From Chthonomonadaceae bacterium (GTDB taxonomy: Bacteria > Armatimonadota > Chthonomonadetes > Chthonomonadales > Chthonomonadaceae): a DNA stretch of 20,000 nt. The DNA is taken from the NCBI GenBank assembly GCA_035650735.1, contig DASRGZ010000206.1:45799-65798 (forward strand), written 5' to 3'. Position numbers and translations under genes: made by a program. The notes under the pieces are model-generated. The model made no database searches and was not told where the DNA came from. It saw nothing but the letters and a program-made list of their open reading frames with translations. Positions 17,055 through 20,000 of the stretch are shown piece by piece (positions within the stretch are counted from its first letter, which is position 1; the number at the start of each line of letters is the position of its first letter).

Positions 17055-17106
17055 AAAAAAATGCCATCGGAGGTGCTCTGGCACGCAATAACCCGCCTCC
17101 GATGGC
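17055..17106 (-). terminator. Rho-independent terminator oriented on the minus strand (may also act on the plus strand)
   Basis: 11-bp perfect stem GCCATCGGAGG (17063-17073) / CCTCCGATGGC (17096-17106), with an A7 run at 17055-17061 that is a U-tract on the minus strand. Confidence 0.7.
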
Positions 17107-17243
17107 GCTCTTCCCGAGGTTGAAATACGCGCTGCGTATTCCCGGTCTACACAGAAGAGAAAATAACCTAATCGAGCTGCTGTATCCTATGACAACACGC
17201 TCCCGAGAAGGTTACAAATTTATTGGAGAATTCTGCAGGCAGA

Positions 17244-18470
17244 ATGCAAGAGCAGGGGATAGGCGGGGCGATGGGGAGTCCGGAAAGGCAAACCGGACGC
17301 GCCTGGGCGGAGATCGATCTAGGGGCGGTGCGCGCCAATGTCACCGCCCTGCGCGCCTTTTGCGGGCCGCAGACGCAGTTGATGGCGGTCGTCAAGGCCG
17401 ATGCCTATGGGCATGGCCTGGCGCCGGTAGCGCAGGCGGCGGTGGTGGCGGGTGCGGATTGGCTCGGCGTGGCGACGGTGGCAGAGGGCATGGCGCTGCG
17501 CGCCGTCGGCCTGGAAGCGCCCATTGCCCTGCTCTGCCCGCCGGCGCCCGACGAGGCCGAGGCCGTTATTGCGCACCGGCTGACGGCGATGGTCGGCGAT
17601 CTTACCACTCTAGAAGCACTGGCGGGCGCGGCCTGCCCTTTTATCCGGCACGGCAACGCGCCCGCGATCCATCTGGAGATAGATACCGGTATGGGACGCG
17701 CCGGGGTTCTGCCGGAAGCGGCGCTCTCCCTCTGGCGCGCGGCCCTACAGGCGGGACTGCGCGTTACCGGACTAGCTACCCACTTTGCCGACGCGGACGG
17801 CCCGGACAGCACCTTTACGCAAAGCCAGGTCCTCGCCTTCCAACGCACCCGCGCTGCCTTAGAAGAGGCCGGGGCGCGTTTTGAAGTTATTCACCTCAGC
17901 AACAGCGCGGCGACCCTGCGCTTCCCGGAAGCGCGCGGCAATCTTATCCGTCCTGGCCTGCTGCTCTACGGCATCCTCCCGCCCGTTCCTGCCCCTGCCT
18001 ATGACGTCGCCTCGGCGAACACGGCGGAGTGGCCTGCCGTGCAGCCCGTCTTGACGCTGAAGGCGCGTGTGGCGACGGTGCGCGCCTTGCCCGCCGGGCA
18101 CCCCATCAGCTATGGTGTCAGCCACCGTTTAAAACGTCCAAGTACGGTCGCCACCGTGCTCATCGGCTATGGCGATGGCTATCCGCGCCGCCTCTCCAAT
18201 CAGGGCCATATGCTGCTGCGCGGACGGCGCGCGCCCATTCTCGGGCGCGTCTGCATGGATCAGACGGTGGTGGACGTGACCGACATTCCCGGCGTCGTGC
18301 CCGGCGAGGAGGTGGCCTGTATTGGTGCGCAGGGCGCGGAACGTATTACGGTGGAGGAGATCGCCGCTCTCCTGGACACCACCGAGCACGAGATCACCAC
18401 CTGCCTGACCGCCCGCATCCCCCGCCTTTATCCTTCCGGTCCTGACGACGACTCGCGCTCGTTGGGATGA
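17244..18470 (+). CDS. alr: Alanine racemase
   Basis: AWAEIDLGA, MAVVKADAYGHG (PLP lysine), HLEIDTGMGRAG, THFADAD, HLSNSAA, IRPGLLLYG, ISYG, IGYGDGY, GRVCMDQ. Start at 17244 or 17271. Confidence 0.96.
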   Translation: MQEQGIGGAMGSPERQTGRAWAEIDLGAVRANVTALRAFCGPQTQLMAVVKADAYGHGLAPVAQAAVVAGADWLGVATVAEGMALRAVGLEAPIALLCPPAPDEAEAVIAHRLTAMVGDLTTLEALAGAACPFIRHGNAPAIHLEIDTGMGRAGVLPEAALSLWRAALQAGLRVTGLATHFADADGPDSTFTQSQVLAFQRTRAALEEAGARFEVIHLSNSAATLRFPEARGNLIRPGLLLYGILPPVPAPAYDVASANTAEWPAVQPVLTLKARVATVRALPAGHPISYGVSHRLKRPSTVATVLIGYGDGYPRRLSNQGHMLLRGRRAPILGRVCMDQTVVDVTDIPGVVPGEEVACIGAQGAERITVEEIAALLDTTEHEITTCLTARIPRLYPSGPDDDSRSLG

Positions 18471-18520
18471 AGGGTGAGCGCGGGCTAAGTGGCATCTCCG
18501 GTAAGTCCATCGTCCTGTTT

Positions 18521-18582
18521 GCGGCAGGCTAAACCCTGCCGCTAGGAGGCGCTTCGCGCCCTGCGCCCGCCTGCGCGGGCGC
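18521..18582. terminator. Two GC hairpins between the convergent alr and hpf genes
   Basis: GCGGCAGG-CTAAAC-CCTGCCGC (18521-18542) and GCGCCCGC-CTGC-GCGGGCGC (18563-18582); no strong U-tracts. Confidence 0.45.
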
Positions 18583-18620
18583 GCTCCAAACGGCCTCGGA
18601 GAAGCCGGAGGAAACGTAGG

Positions 18621-19163
18621 CTAGACCTCCGGCTCGATCAGGCCGTAGTCGCCCCCCTGGCGCTTATAGAGCACGCCGAGGCGGTTGGTCTCCTCATCCA
18701 GGAAAACAAAGAAGCTATGGCCCAAAAGCTCCATCTGGCGCGCGGCCTCCTCCGGGGCCATCGCCTTCATGGGGAACGACTTGCGGCGCACGATACGCGG
18801 GACAAACGCCTCCGCCACCCCCTCCGCCAGCGCGGCCTCCGCTTCCGTCTTGATGGCCGAGGATTTGCGATGGCTGTCCACGCGCTTCTCTTTGAAGCGC
18901 TTGACCTGGGTTTCCAGCTTCTCTACCACGCCATCAATGGCGGCGCGCAGGTCGCCGTTGCGCTCCTGGCTGCGCAGCAGGATACCGTCGCCGTTCAGCG
19001 TGACCTCTACGATATGCAGGCCGCGCTCGAAATCCTGGGTGCATAGCGCTTCCGGCTCCTGCCGAAAATGCTTGCCCAGCTTGCCGATCTTCTTTTCAAG
19101 GTACTGGCGCGTATCCTCGCTTATGCGCACGCTCTTGTTCCTGGGATGTAGATTGAGCCGCAT
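18621..19163 (-). CDS. hpf: Long ribosome hibernation promoting factor (RaiA/HPF with C-terminal S30AE domain)
   Basis: YLEKKIGKLGKHF, DLRAAIDGVVEKLETQVKRFKEK, IVRRKSFPMKAMAPEEAARQMELLGHSFFVF..VLYKRQGGDYGLIEP. Confidence 0.95.
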   Translation of the reverse strand: MRLNLHPRNKSVRISEDTRQYLEKKIGKLGKHFRQEPEALCTQDFERGLHIVEVTLNGDGILLRSQERNGDLRAAIDGVVEKLETQVKRFKEKRVDSHRKSSAIKTEAEAALAEGVAEAFVPRIVRRKSFPMKAMAPEEAARQMELLGHSFFVFLDEETNRLGVLYKRQGGDYGLIEPEV

Positions 19164-19260
19164 CGCTTGATGTCCCTTTCTGCAATGGCTTGAACTGCGG
19201 GCCAGGGCGGGGCCGTGAGCGTCTCCTTCTCCTACCTCAGCGCTCGTAAGGGCGTCGGGG

Positions 19261-19641
19261 CTACTCGCCGACGCGCTGCACGCGCTCCCCCGCCACGATC
19301 TGCCCCATCAATACATTGGCTAGACGCGGCAAACGGTAGAGATCGGATCGGCGCAAGAACGCTCCCACCGGCGTCTCGCACCAGGTATGCCAGCACTCGG
19401 TTCGAAACTCATACAGGTAGACGAGCTGCCCTGTCCCGCTGCCACGCCGATACGCTTTGCGGACAAATGCCGGGCCAGGCGAAGTCGCCAGTATCGCCAC
19501 TGCCAGTACGATGATGAGGGGCGCATAGATCACCAGCACCACCAGTGACAACAGCCGCCACAGCGGCATTAGCCCCTCTGCAAGACGCTTCCGTACGGTT
19601 TTCTGGGGAGCGCGATAGGCTTCTTCACCATACCAATTCAT
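19261..19641 (-). CDS. Short, degenerate bacterial sugar transferase (Bac_transf / monotopic phosphoglycosyl transferase)-like protein
   Basis: GAGGAGG RBS and ATG at 19641; 126 aa. Hydrophobic helix ..YAPLIIVLAVAILATSPGPAF, then YEFRT (cf. KFRTM), TPVGAFLRRSDLYRLPRLANVLMG (cf. TxxGxFLRxxSLDELPQLxNVLxG). Confidence 0.75.
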   Translation of the reverse strand: MNWYGEEAYRAPQKTVRKRLAEGLMPLWRLLSLVVLVIYAPLIIVLAVAILATSPGPAFVRKAYRRGSGTGQLVYLYEFRTECWHTWCETPVGAFLRRSDLYRLPRLANVLMGQIVAGERVQRVGE

Positions 19642-19866
19642 TCGTAATACCTCCTCATTAGTTCCTGAGATTTTGAAAGCGTTGCTAGAATCTGGGGTTG
19701 AGGAGCAAAGGGGAAGAAGGCATCCTGGCATTCGCCCTGCATCATTCCTCGGAGCGTCTCCGTCCGGAGAGACACTAAAAAGCCAAATGGGGCGGGTTAG
19801 CCCCCTTATGACCTTTTCTATTCTAAATCGGTCCTTGCCCGCGCAGGTGTCGCCAGGCGGAGGGCT

Positions 19867-20000
19867 GTGGCAAGGCGGAGGCAGGGGCCCTAACCCTGCC
19901 GACGGCCAGTATTCGCAACCCTTCCACCTTGATGTTGATGTCGCAAGGCGGAGGCAGAGGCCGTAACCCTGCCGACCCTGGCAGTCCGTTGCAGGCCCGA
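19867..20000. CRISPR. Edge of a probable CRISPR array (37-bp repeats, 36-bp spacer), probably continuing beyond the window
   Basis: GTGGCAAGGCGGAGGCAGGGGCCCTAACCCTGCCGAC (19867-19903) and GTCGCAAGGCGGAGGCAGAGGCCGTAACCCTGCCGAC (19940-19976) differ at 3 positions; both have an internal hairpin GGCAG(G/A)G..CCCTGCC. Unique spacer at 19904-19939; a second spacer starts at 19977. Confidence 0.72.

Noticed and set aside
18521..18542. Hairpin GGCAGG..AACCCTGCCG resembling the stem of the 37-bp CRISPR repeat (possible anti-repeat or tracrRNA)
   Set aside because: The match is only about 10 nt in GC-rich DNA, and its position between convergent genes fits a terminator.

Overview
GC-rich bacterial window; the gene style (DUF1501, long HPF, Uma2, CheB/CheR-PAS cluster) suggests a Terrabacteria/PVC-like soil or hot-spring lineage, possibly Armatimonadota (inference only). 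From left to right: the 3' part of an SF1 helicase/Vsr-like nuclease gene cut by an IS630 element; an ECF sigma factor with a long C-terminal extension; a PHP phosphoesterase and ackA; a cheB-cheB-cheR/PAS-histidine kinase cluster with no chemoreceptor; DUF1501; a frameshifted Uma2 gene; a disrupted MNT gene; an MBL hydrolase; a Zn-ribbon protein divergent from a PD-(D/E)XK-like protein; alr; hpf; a degenerate phosphoglycosyl transferase; and the edge of a probable CRISPR array. The most striking signal is three repeat-spacer-repeat units with no cas gene in the window. (i) A 37-38 bp duplication of coding sequence surrounds a 35-36 bp foreign insert in the MNT gene. Its 73 bp period equals that of the array at the window edge, and it looks like natural off-target Cas1-Cas2 spacer integration. 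(ii) A 29-30 bp two-repeat mini-array supplies the -35 box of the PD-(D/E)XK-like gene. (iii) A 37/36 bp array starts at 19867.
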